This document shows, piece by piece, positions 9,650-17,170 of a DNA stretch of 64,000 bases. Source of the DNA: Minisyncoccota bacterium. Its GTDB lineage: Bacteria; Patescibacteriota; Minisyncoccia; Phycocordibacterales; SBAW01. The translations under genes were made by a program, and so were the position numbers. Position 1 is the first letter of the stretch; every line of letters begins with the position of its first letter. The notes under the pieces are model-generated. The model was not told where the DNA came from, did not search any database, and saw only the letters and a list, made by a program, of their open reading frames with translations. The stretch is from assembly GCA_035546615.1 (NCBI GenBank), contig DASZWM010000007.1, positions 1,451 through 65,450 on the forward strand. Direction: 5' to 3'.

Positions 9650-9688
9650 AATACTAAATAAAATATGAATTCGAAAATCTGACGCGAT

Positions 9689-10528
9689 CTAATGCAAAGA
9701 GTAGCCGACGCTTGCGGTCTTCCCCGCTTCTATGACCGTCGTTGAATTGACGAGCAGTGAGCTCAGCGCGACGACCGCGAACACGACGGCGCCGAGCGTC
9801 ATGATGCTGAATGCCGGCATGAGCATGCCGACGGAATATTTTTTTGACGGCGCGTATTCCGTTATTGTCACTTCCTCGTCCGCGTCCTCTTCTGCCGCTT
9901 TCGGCATGACCGACGCTTTCGCTTTTTTGCTTGCGGGCTTCTGTATTTCCGGCAGCGAAGGCGCCGCGTCTTCTATATAGCGCAGGCCCGTCTTTTTCTT
10001 TGTCTCCGCAAGGCGTATCGGGATATGTATAGATTCGCGCGCCGCTTCGGGCTCTATCTCCACAAAAACTTTTTCTTCCGCCTCTTCAACTTTTATTTCT
10101 TCAGGCGCGAAGTCTGCTATCAGCTCTTCCACTTGGATCGGGCGGCGGAAACTTTGTATCGGTTCCGGAATGACGGGAGCAGTCGCCTCAGCTTCGGTCT
10201 CCTCTTCTTCAGCTGTCTCTTCTTCTTTTTCCGCAGCCGGCTCCGGCTTCTCTTCCTCGGTCTCAGCGGGTTCCGGAACTTCTTCAGCCGCTTCGGCACG
10301 CACGACGGGCGCTACCGAAAGTATCTTCTTCGGCTCCTCCGCCGGCTTCGGGTTCTTGAGGTAGTCAGCCAGAAACTCGGCATCCACATACCAGGAGCGG
10401 CCCACTTTCTGGCCCACTATCTTTTTGGCGCGTATGAGCTGGCCGATATAGTCGGCATGGTATTTATACTGCTTTGCGGCAAGCCGAGTCGAGATATACC
10501 GCTTGCCCGAGATTTCCAGTTCGTCCAT
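9689..10528 (-). CDS. Tail-anchored membrane protein with N-terminal excisionase/HTH_17-like module, long acidic E/P/A-rich linker and C-terminal TM helix. Paralogous at the N-terminus to the giant protein
   Basis: ISGKRYISTRLAAKQYKYHADYIGQLIRAKKIVGQKVGRSWYVDAEFLADYL matches the same HTH-like motif as the giant protein. A low-complexity EEPKK/AEEE linker follows. C-terminal hydrophobic segment is MLMPAFSIMTLGAVVFAVVALSSLLV. Confidence 0.7.
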   Translation of the reverse strand: MDELEISGKRYISTRLAAKQYKYHADYIGQLIRAKKIVGQKVGRSWYVDAEFLADYLKNPKPAEEPKKILSVAPVVRAEAAEEVPEPAETEEEKPEPAAEKEEETAEEEETEAEATAPVIPEPIQSFRRPIQVEELIADFAPEEIKVEEAEEKVFVEIEPEAARESIHIPIRLAETKKKTGLRYIEDAAPSLPEIQKPASKKAKASVMPKAAEEDADEEVTITEYAPSKKYSVGMLMPAFSIMTLGAVVFAVVALSSLLVNSTTVIEAGKTASVGYSLH

Positions 10529-10582
10529 GCACTTAGAATATACCTCTGGCCGAGGTACGCAAGCAAGGGGCGGAAAATGAGC

Positions 10583-11992
10583 CTAGCCGAGAATCTTTAT
10601 GAAAACCTCGCGAAGGACGCCGGGATTGCCTGCGCCCTTTGTTTCCTTCATTCCCTGCCCTATCAGGAATTGGAGCGATGCGGTCTTCCCCGCTTTGTAG
10701 TCGGCCGCAACCTGTGGATAAGCGTCGATGATCTTCTGAGCGACGGCCTCAAGCGCGCCGGCATCAGACTGCTGAATATATTTCTTTGAAACCTCCGCAA
10801 GATCGCCGCCGTTCGCGAACACGTCCGCAATAGCGTCTTTGGCGCCGCGCGAAGATATGTCATTTTTTGAAAGCATGGCCATGAGCGCGCTCAGGCCTTC
10901 CGGCGTTATGTGCGCGAGCCCTGCCTCCCCCGCTTTCGCCGCGAGCCCGACAATGTCGGAGCCGATATAATTCGCCAGCAGTTTTTTAGCTTCCGGCGCA
11001 AGCGCGGACGCTTTTTCAAAAAGGTTTCCCAGCCGCTCGTCGGCGACGAACATTTCCGCATATTCCGGATTGATGCCTTCAGCAACGTACCTTTCACGCT
11101 TGGCCCACGGCAGCTCCGGCAGCTCTCTTTTCAGCGTCTCAAGCGAGTATTCGGGGAGTTCCGAGAGCTTGAGCTTCGGCAGGTCCGGGTCCGGGAAGTA
11201 ACGGTAGTCGTGGGAGGACTCCTTCTTGCGCTGGGAAAATGTTTCCTGCTTCGCCTCGTCCCAGCCGCGGGTTTCCTGCACCACCTTCTCTCCCCTTTCG
11301 AGGAGCTGGGCTTGGCGCTTGGCCTCAAAAGCGATGGCTCGCTCGACCGAGCGGAACGAGTTGAGGTTCTTTACCTCTACCTTCGTGCCGAGATTCTCGT
11401 CAGAACTTATGGAAATGTTGGCTTCAACACGCATCTCCCCCTTCTCCATATTCGCCTCCCCTGCCCCGAGCGTGCGAAGAAGGAGCTGCAATTCCCGGGC
11501 AAAGCGGCCGGCCGTCTCGGCATCATGGATGACCGGCTCGGTAACGAGCTCCATAAGGGGCACCCCGGCGCGGTTATAGTCCACTAGGCTTTTCTCGCCT
11601 TCGTGCTGGGAGCGGGCGGTGTCTTCCTCAAGGTGTATGCGGGTAAGCTCCACCCCGGCGAGATTCCCCCCCGAGACGAGCGGATACTGGTATTGGCTTA
11701 TCTGGTAGCCCTTGGGAATGTCGGGGTAGAAGTAATTCTTGCGGTCGAACTCGGTAAAGTCGGCGAGATTGCCGCCAACAGCGGTGCCCATAAGCAGTAC
11801 CTTATGCACGGCGTCCTTGTTTATGACCGGCAAAGTTCCCGGATGCGCCATGCACACCGGGCAGATATTGAGGTTGGGCGTCTTCTCGTCAGGATCGTTG
11901 AGGCACGCGCAGAACATCTTGGTCTGGGTCTTGAGCTCTGCGTGCACCTCGAGCCCTACGGTCAGTCGATACTCGGCCATATATAGAGGCAA
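10583..11992 (-). CDS. gatB: Asp-tRNA(Asn)/Glu-tRNA(Gln) amidotransferase subunit B
   Basis: 469 aa. MAEYRLTVGLEVHAELKTQTKMFCAC..NICPVCMAHPGTLP..YFYPDIPKGYQISQ. C-terminal GatB/YqeY-type domain. Confidence 0.95.
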   Translation of the reverse strand: MPLYMAEYRLTVGLEVHAELKTQTKMFCACLNDPDEKTPNLNICPVCMAHPGTLPVINKDAVHKVLLMGTAVGGNLADFTEFDRKNYFYPDIPKGYQISQYQYPLVSGGNLAGVELTRIHLEEDTARSQHEGEKSLVDYNRAGVPLMELVTEPVIHDAETAGRFARELQLLLRTLGAGEANMEKGEMRVEANISISSDENLGTKVEVKNLNSFRSVERAIAFEAKRQAQLLERGEKVVQETRGWDEAKQETFSQRKKESSHDYRYFPDPDLPKLKLSELPEYSLETLKRELPELPWAKRERYVAEGINPEYAEMFVADERLGNLFEKASALAPEAKKLLANYIGSDIVGLAAKAGEAGLAHITPEGLSALMAMLSKNDISSRGAKDAIADVFANGGDLAEVSKKYIQQSDAGALEAVAQKIIDAYPQVAADYKAGKTASLQFLIGQGMKETKGAGNPGVLREVFIKILG

Positions 11993-12051
11993 ATATAGCA
12001 GAAGCGGCCTCTTTATAGAAGCTACCTATTCTGGACTTCGTAAGTCCAGAA

Positions 12052-14151
12052 TTACTGCCCCAGCAGATAGAGCTGCCTGACCTCCGCAGCCGGGAGCGCG
12101 CGGTTGTAGACGCGCACATCGTCGAGCTTGCCGTTGAAGGTATACATAGCCCCGCTTCCGTTTCCCATGCTGCCGATATATGTATTAAAAGAAGCGGGCG
12201 TACCGGGATCGGTGGTCTGCGCGGAGGAAGCATCGAGGGAGCCGTTGATGTATATTTTCTTTGTCGCCCCGTCGTAGGTAAAGACGACATGCGTCCATGT
12301 AGAAGTCGCTATCGTAGCGGCGGATACGATCTGGCTCAGCGAACTGTTCCAAATGCCTCCCGAGACCTTTCCTGCTTGTATGTACATATCTATGCCTTTG
12401 TACGTGCCGCAGCAGTCCCGGGCGTTGCTGTACACGTAGTTGTATAGATAGGTCTGAGGAGTATTGTCGTATATCCATGCGGAAATAGTAAATCGGCTCG
12501 GGGTCAGCGAATTGCTGCTGCCCACATTTATTCCGCCGGTATTCATCCCGCTAAAACTGAACCCCTGTCCCATCCTGCCTATCGTCTTGCGGCTCGAAGT
12601 GGCGTTGTTGGTACCGACTAAGTATCCATTAAAACCACTCCCCGAACGGTCGTACACCTTGTCGGTTACGTCCGGCCCGTCGAAGGTCCAGAGGCCGACC
12701 AGCCCGCTTGAGAGGCTGCTGTCGGAAGACAAGTCGGGTGAAGGCGTATTTATCTGTGCGGTACCCTGCCTATATAAGGCCGCTATTTCCGCCGCCGAGA
12801 GCGCGCGGTCGTAGATGCGCACATCGTCCATGAGGCCGCCGAAGAACGAGGCGGAAGGATTGATATTGGCGTCCTTGCCGATAAAGAGGACGCTCGGTGC
12901 TGTGAGCGACTGGGTCCCCCCGGTACCCGTGTTGTCAAGAACCCCGTTCACGTACACTGTCATGGCGCCGGTCGATTTGACGCGGGTCGCGGTTACGAGC
13001 ACCCAATTGCCTGTGTTAACATCGGCATTCGAGAATACGGTCGTATCAGAGTTACCGACGCCGAAAGCAAGTTTGCCGTTATAAACCGTCATGCCGAAGT
13101 CGTTCGTTACGCCCCCGACTTCGCCGTCTACTATCCCCTGCCCGCAGTACCATTGCCCTGCGCAGCCCGCGGTATTCTGCGTCGTCTTTATCCATGCGGA
13201 GAGCGTGAAGTCGTCCGATACGGTGCGATTGACGGGTATATAGCTGGTGCTCCCGTCGAACAAGAGCGCCTTGCCGTGCTTTCCGCTTGCCCAGGCCGGA
13301 AGCGTCGAGCCGGAGAGCGTCCCGTCGTTGCTATTGCCGCTTGAGTCCCCCGCAATAGTACCCGTACCCTCGTTGAAGTCCCACGAGCCGACGAGGCCGA
13401 CGTTGTTAGGCGCGCGCACCTGCGCCGCCCCGCCCCTGTACAGAGCGACGATTTCCGCATCCGACAACGCGCGATTGTAGAAACGGAAATCATCAATCGT
13501 CCCGACGGTAGGCTCGCCGCCCGAATACTTTCCCAATATCCAGGAAGACTTCGCAATGCTGGTGGTGTCTGTCTGGGCGCTTCCCAGTGACGCGCCATTC
13601 ACAAAAACGGACACATTCGAGCCGCTTCTCTTTGCAACAATGTTGTACCAAACGCCTGCCGCGGGGGTAAACGGCCAGCTGAGCGTATGAGGCCCGGAAG
13701 GCGTTCCCCGTATGTATAGCATCACCACATGCGCCGTATTATCGAACTCGATCAATACTCCGGCGGTTCCCGCATATCCGCCGTCAAATGTCGTCTGGTA
13801 GCGCGCGGGGAAGCCGTCGAACCTGATCCAATGAGAAATAGTAAAATCTCCCGTTCCTATCTGGAATGCGTCGCTGACCGGGATGCTTACGTAATTGTCG
13901 CTGTTCGTGAATGAAAGGCCCTTGCTGAACCTGCCCGTAACCCATGTTGGCAGCGTGGTGCCCGAGAGCGTGCCTATGTGGCCGTTCCCGCTCAAATCGC
14001 CCAGCTTAGTTCCCGAGGCGTCGTTGAAGCTCCAGTACGCTATGAGCCCTAAATTATTCGCGGGTTTGGCAAGCGCGGCGGCCTGCGCGGCGGCGGGCAG
14101 AAAAAATGCCGCGAATATGAAACATATCGCGATGCCGGGAAATACCCTCAT
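12052..14151 (-). CDS. Secreted protein with four tandem concanavalin-A-like lectin/glucanase (LamG-like, Laminin_G_3-type) domains
   Basis: Signal peptide MRVFPGIAICFIFAAFFLPAAAQA. Four ~170-aa repeats each contain WxFNExSGTxxxDxSGNxNxGTLSG ... DDxRxYNRALSxAEIxxLY. Confidence 0.8.
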   Translation of the reverse strand: MRVFPGIAICFIFAAFFLPAAAQAAALAKPANNLGLIAYWSFNDASGTKLGDLSGNGHIGTLSGTTLPTWVTGRFSKGLSFTNSDNYVSIPVSDAFQIGTGDFTISHWIRFDGFPARYQTTFDGGYAGTAGVLIEFDNTAHVVMLYIRGTPSGPHTLSWPFTPAAGVWYNIVAKRSGSNVSVFVNGASLGSAQTDTTSIAKSSWILGKYSGGEPTVGTIDDFRFYNRALSDAEIVALYRGGAAQVRAPNNVGLVGSWDFNEGTGTIAGDSSGNSNDGTLSGSTLPAWASGKHGKALLFDGSTSYIPVNRTVSDDFTLSAWIKTTQNTAGCAGQWYCGQGIVDGEVGGVTNDFGMTVYNGKLAFGVGNSDTTVFSNADVNTGNWVLVTATRVKSTGAMTVYVNGVLDNTGTGGTQSLTAPSVLFIGKDANINPSASFFGGLMDDVRIYDRALSAAEIAALYRQGTAQINTPSPDLSSDSSLSSGLVGLWTFDGPDVTDKVYDRSGSGFNGYLVGTNNATSSRKTIGRMGQGFSFSGMNTGGINVGSSNSLTPSRFTISAWIYDNTPQTYLYNYVYSNARDCCGTYKGIDMYIQAGKVSGGIWNSSLSQIVSAATIATSTWTHVVFTYDGATKKIYINGSLDASSAQTTDPGTPASFNTYIGSMGNGSGAMYTFNGKLDDVRVYNRALPAAEVRQLYLLGQ

Positions 14152-14160
14152 GCCTCTATA

Positions 14161-15132
14161 TTAGCGCAAGTGCGAGACAAGCCTCTGCCTGAGCGTTTCC
14201 ACGGCCGCGTCGTCCAAAACCGAAACGACGGCCGTTTCTTTCTTGAATTCCTTGGTGAAAGACTTTCGCACCTTCTCTATATATGCCGTGTCGCGGGTGT
14301 CGGACTTGGTAAACAGCACCAGCTCGGGCTTGCCCGCAAGCGCGCCGCCTTCGAATGCGTCTATTTCCCCCCGTACCGCGCGATAGTCCGCTACCGGGTC
14401 TTCGGATTCCAGCGACACGCAATGTATGAGCAATTTTGTCCGGGCGATATGGCGCAGGAATTTGGAGCCGAGGCCCTTTCCGCCCGACGCGCCCTCGATA
14501 AGTCCCGGGATATCCGCCAGCACGTAGCCGTAGAGCATGCCGAGGTTGGGGTCGAGCGTCGTGAACGCGTACGAGCCGACCTTGGCCGCCGCGCCTGTGA
14601 GAGCATTGAGAAGCGACGATTTCCCCGCGTTGGGCAAGCCGATAAGCCCCGCGTCGGCAATGAGCCTGAGCTCGATCTTCAGCTGAGCCTCCTCGCCCGG
14701 CGCCCCCGGCGTGCTTTCCTCCGGCGTCTGGTTGACCGACGATTTGAAGACCGCGTTCCCCGCGCCGCCGCGCCCGCCCTTGAGTATCAGGATGCGCTGG
14801 CCTTCCTCCATAAGCTCGTGCACTTCGCGCGTCTCCTTGTTCGTCACGACCGAGCCTATCGGAAGGTCGACGACCATGTCCTTGCCGCTCTTGCCCGCCT
14901 TGTTCTGGTTTTCCCCGTCGTTGCCCGCCTCCGCTTCGAAGCGCTTCTCGCCGCGGTAGCGCGACAGCAGGTTCACGTCGCGCACGCCGCGTATGTACAC
15001 GTTGCCGCCGTTGCCGCCGTTGCCGCCGGCCGCGCCTGAATATTCCTTGCCCTTGAGGTGCAGCCAGCGCACGACGCCGTCGCCCCCCTTCCCCGCGCGG
15101 GCGAGTATCGTAAGTTCATCAACGAATGCCAT
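14161..15132 (-). CDS. obg: GTPase Obg (short form, without a C-terminal extension domain)
   Basis: Gly-rich Obg fold (GGDGVVRW..GGNGGNGGNVYIRG) plus G-domain GLIGLPNAGKSSLLNALT..DIPGLIEGA. Confidence 0.9.
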   Translation of the reverse strand: MAFVDELTILARAGKGGDGVVRWLHLKGKEYSGAAGGNGGNGGNVYIRGVRDVNLLSRYRGEKRFEAEAGNDGENQNKAGKSGKDMVVDLPIGSVVTNKETREVHELMEEGQRILILKGGRGGAGNAVFKSSVNQTPEESTPGAPGEEAQLKIELRLIADAGLIGLPNAGKSSLLNALTGAAAKVGSYAFTTLDPNLGMLYGYVLADIPGLIEGASGGKGLGSKFLRHIARTKLLIHCVSLESEDPVADYRAVRGEIDAFEGGALAGKPELVLFTKSDTRDTAYIEKVRKSFTKEFKKETAVVSVLDDAAVETLRQRLVSHLR

Positions 15133-15134
15133 GT

Positions 15135-15470
15135 CTAAAGTGCGGCGTTGAGCGCCCAGGCGACTATCGTGAGTATGACCGAGCCTTCAAGCGCGGGAAT
15201 GAATCCGGCCACGCTGAAGCCCGGCACGAATGCCGCAAGCAGCCAGAACATCAAGGCGTTCAGGATGAAAGAGAACAGCCCGAACGTAATGAGGTTTATA
15301 GGAAGGGTCAGGAGCCCCAGTATCGGGCGGATAGTGAGCCCCATAAGGCCCCATACTATCGCCGCGATAAGCGCGGTCGTGAAGCTCGCCACCGCGATGC
15401 CGGGGATGAAATTAGCGATAAGGAGTATGGCCGCCGCCGTTGCAAGCACCTTGAGCAGGATTTTTATCAT
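15135..15470 (-). CDS. Small polytopic membrane protein, DUF360 / phage-holin-4_2-type family
   Basis: 111 aa, 3-4 hydrophobic helices, typical of the YvlD/DUF360 family. Not taken as evidence of a phage. Confidence 0.65.
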   Translation of the reverse strand: MIKILLKVLATAAAILLIANFIPGIAVASFTTALIAAIVWGLMGLTIRPILGLLTLPINLITFGLFSFILNALMFWLLAAFVPGFSVAGFIPALEGSVILTIVAWALNAAL

Positions 15471-15487
15471 ATGCCTATAGTAGTTGA

Positions 15488-16213
15488 TTACAGGTGCTCA
15501 AGCAATCGCCCGTAGCCGAGGCCTCCGAAGAGGCCGTAGCCCCATTGTATGAGAAGCCCCATGTCGCCGAGCAGCATCAGGACCCCGATCGCTATGAGAA
15601 TCGCGCCGCCTATCTTTGAAAGAACGCTCACGAACCCGCTCCAGTGCCCGAATGTCTCATGGAGCTTCTCAAGAAATATCGCCGTCAGCAGGAACGGGAT
15701 GCCGAGCCCCAGCGAAAAGGCCGCGAGCAGAAGTGCTCCCACCGCCGCGGTCGAAGAGGTCGAGGCGATGAGCAGGACAGTGCCGAGAATAGGCCCGATG
15801 CACGGGCTCCAGCCCAGCGCGAACAGGGCGCCTATCAAAAACGAGCTTTGCGGATGCCCGACCGCAAGGAATTTCGGCAGTCGTATATGGTGCTCGCCGC
15901 CGAGCCCCGGTACGCGAAGAAGCCCTAGCATCGTGAGGCCGAACAATATGATAACTGCGCCGGCGAGCCTGCCCAGAAGATCTTTCCAGGGAGCGAGAAA
16001 CTCGCCGAAGAATCCGGCGAACGTGCCGAGCAGGATGAAAACGACGGAAAAGCCCAGCACGAACGCGATAGCGTTGCGCACCACGCGCCCGCGGCCTCCG
16101 GCGATGAACGCTAAATACCCGGGCACTATGGGAAGCGTGCAGGGCGCCAGGAACATCAGAACGCCCGCCAGAAATGCTGCAGGCAGGAGCACAAGCGGGT
16201 CAAGCGGCGTCAT
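15488..16213 (-). CDS. ccdA: Cytochrome c-type biogenesis / thiol-disulfide electron transporter CcdA (DsbD family)
   Basis: Polytopic membrane protein with Cys in TM1 (LAPCTLP) and Cys in TM4 (GWSPCIGPILG). Confidence 0.8.
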   Translation of the reverse strand: MTPLDPLVLLPAAFLAGVLMFLAPCTLPIVPGYLAFIAGGRGRVVRNAIAFVLGFSVVFILLGTFAGFFGEFLAPWKDLLGRLAGAVIILFGLTMLGLLRVPGLGGEHHIRLPKFLAVGHPQSSFLIGALFALGWSPCIGPILGTVLLIASTSSTAAVGALLLAAFSLGLGIPFLLTAIFLEKLHETFGHWSGFVSVLSKIGGAILIAIGVLMLLGDMGLLIQWGYGLFGGLGYGRLLEHL

Positions 16214-16237
16214 TTCGCTATTGTAGCGTATCTAAGC

Positions 16238-16723
16238 CTAATGCCTTCCCCACTCCGTCTTTATTCCCTTCCTCTGGTTGTCGGCCATGACAAGCTCGTC
16301 GTAGATGCCGTCGATAAGCTGGTAGTTCTTCGCTTCCTCCAGGCTCACCCACGCGAATTCGTCGCACTCTTCCTTCTGGAGCGTTACCTCGCCGCTCTTG
16401 TAATCTGCCAGGCAGGAGATGACGAGCGACGGGTCCTTGCCTTCGTGCACGGCGGCCAGGCTTGTGACGTATGCGATGTTCTCTATCTCAAGCCCCACTT
16501 CTTCCCGTACTTCGCGGCGGAGCACTTTCTCAAGCACGTTGTACCAGTAATCGGTCGTGTCTTTCGGCAGGCTTATATAGTCGTCGGTCTCGAGCTTGCC
16601 GCCCGGCACCGTCCACATGTTGGGAAAGCGCTTCTTCTGGGCCGAGCGCTTCGTTATCAAATACTTCCCGTCCCTGATGATAATGGCGGTGATGGCGACC
16701 TCATGGAGATACTTGTTTTCCAT
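16238..16723 (-). CDS. NUDIX hydrolase (161 aa, starting MENKYLHEV; the upstream part of the 300-aa track ORF is junk)
   Basis: Nudix box GGKLETDDYISLPKDTTDYWYNVLEKVLRREVREEVGLEI. ATG at 16723-16721. Confidence 0.8.
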   Translation of the reverse strand: MENKYLHEVAITAIIIRDGKYLITKRSAQKKRFPNMWTVPGGKLETDDYISLPKDTTDYWYNVLEKVLRREVREEVGLEIENIAYVTSLAAVHEGKDPSLVISCLADYKSGEVTLQKEECDEFAWVSLEEAKNYQLIDGIYDELVMADNQRKGIKTEWGRH

Positions 16724-17142
16724 GCTGTTAATACTACAATACAAACGCTGTTTGAGCCGCTTGTCCTCATAAGACACCGGCGAAAGGACGGTCAGGTGCC
16801 GGCCCCGCGCACATGTGTGCGCCCTCGGCAAGTATCTGAAGTAGCGGAGTTTTCGGGAGGTTTTTGAGGCTTCACTGAAAAATCTCTCCCTGGGTCTCAT
16901 CTGGGATACAAAATGAGCGCGGACTTGTTGACCTGCGATAGTGGTCGAGATAAGACCCCGGATAGGTGGACCGGCTCCCGACCTCGAGGCGGAACAACTC
17001 GTTAAAAAGCCTTTCGGGACTGTGCATGGCAGTATATCCCGTAAAGACTGCCTAGGGTGTAAGCGGGACCACCGACCAAAGAAAAGCCCGCGACGTATCC
17101 AAGAAAAGAGATATAGCTTGAGGCTCGAATGCCTCCACACTG

Positions 17143-17170
17143 CCCGGCCTCATGGTCGGGTATTTTTTAT
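17143..17170 (+). terminator. Plus-strand intrinsic terminator hairpin immediately after the secA stop, closing the 16.74-17.17 kb non-coding region
   Basis: cccggcc-tcat-ggtcggg followed by tattttttat. The U-tract lies on the plus strand only. Confidence 0.4.

Noticed and set aside
14161-15132. Obg shortness (323 aa) as a sign of pseudogenisation.
   Set aside because: The Obg fold and complete G-domain are intact and the ORF ends cleanly before the next gene. A short Obg lacking a C-terminal extension is plausible in reduced genomes.
15135-15470. The 'phage holin' family membrane protein as evidence of a prophage.
   Set aside because: It is a DUF360-type protein widespread in chromosomes. 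There are no integrase, terminase, capsid or tail genes nearby.
16724-17166. tmRNA, RNase P RNA or SRP RNA identity for the long non-coding region.
   Set aside because: By eye none of the expected signatures could be placed. That means no tRNA-like acceptor/T-arm ending in CCA with a ...ALAA-stop tag frame, no P4 GGAAAGUCCGG / ACAGAAxCCGGCUUA, and no SRP GGAA helix-8 motif. It is kept only as an unclassified candidate.
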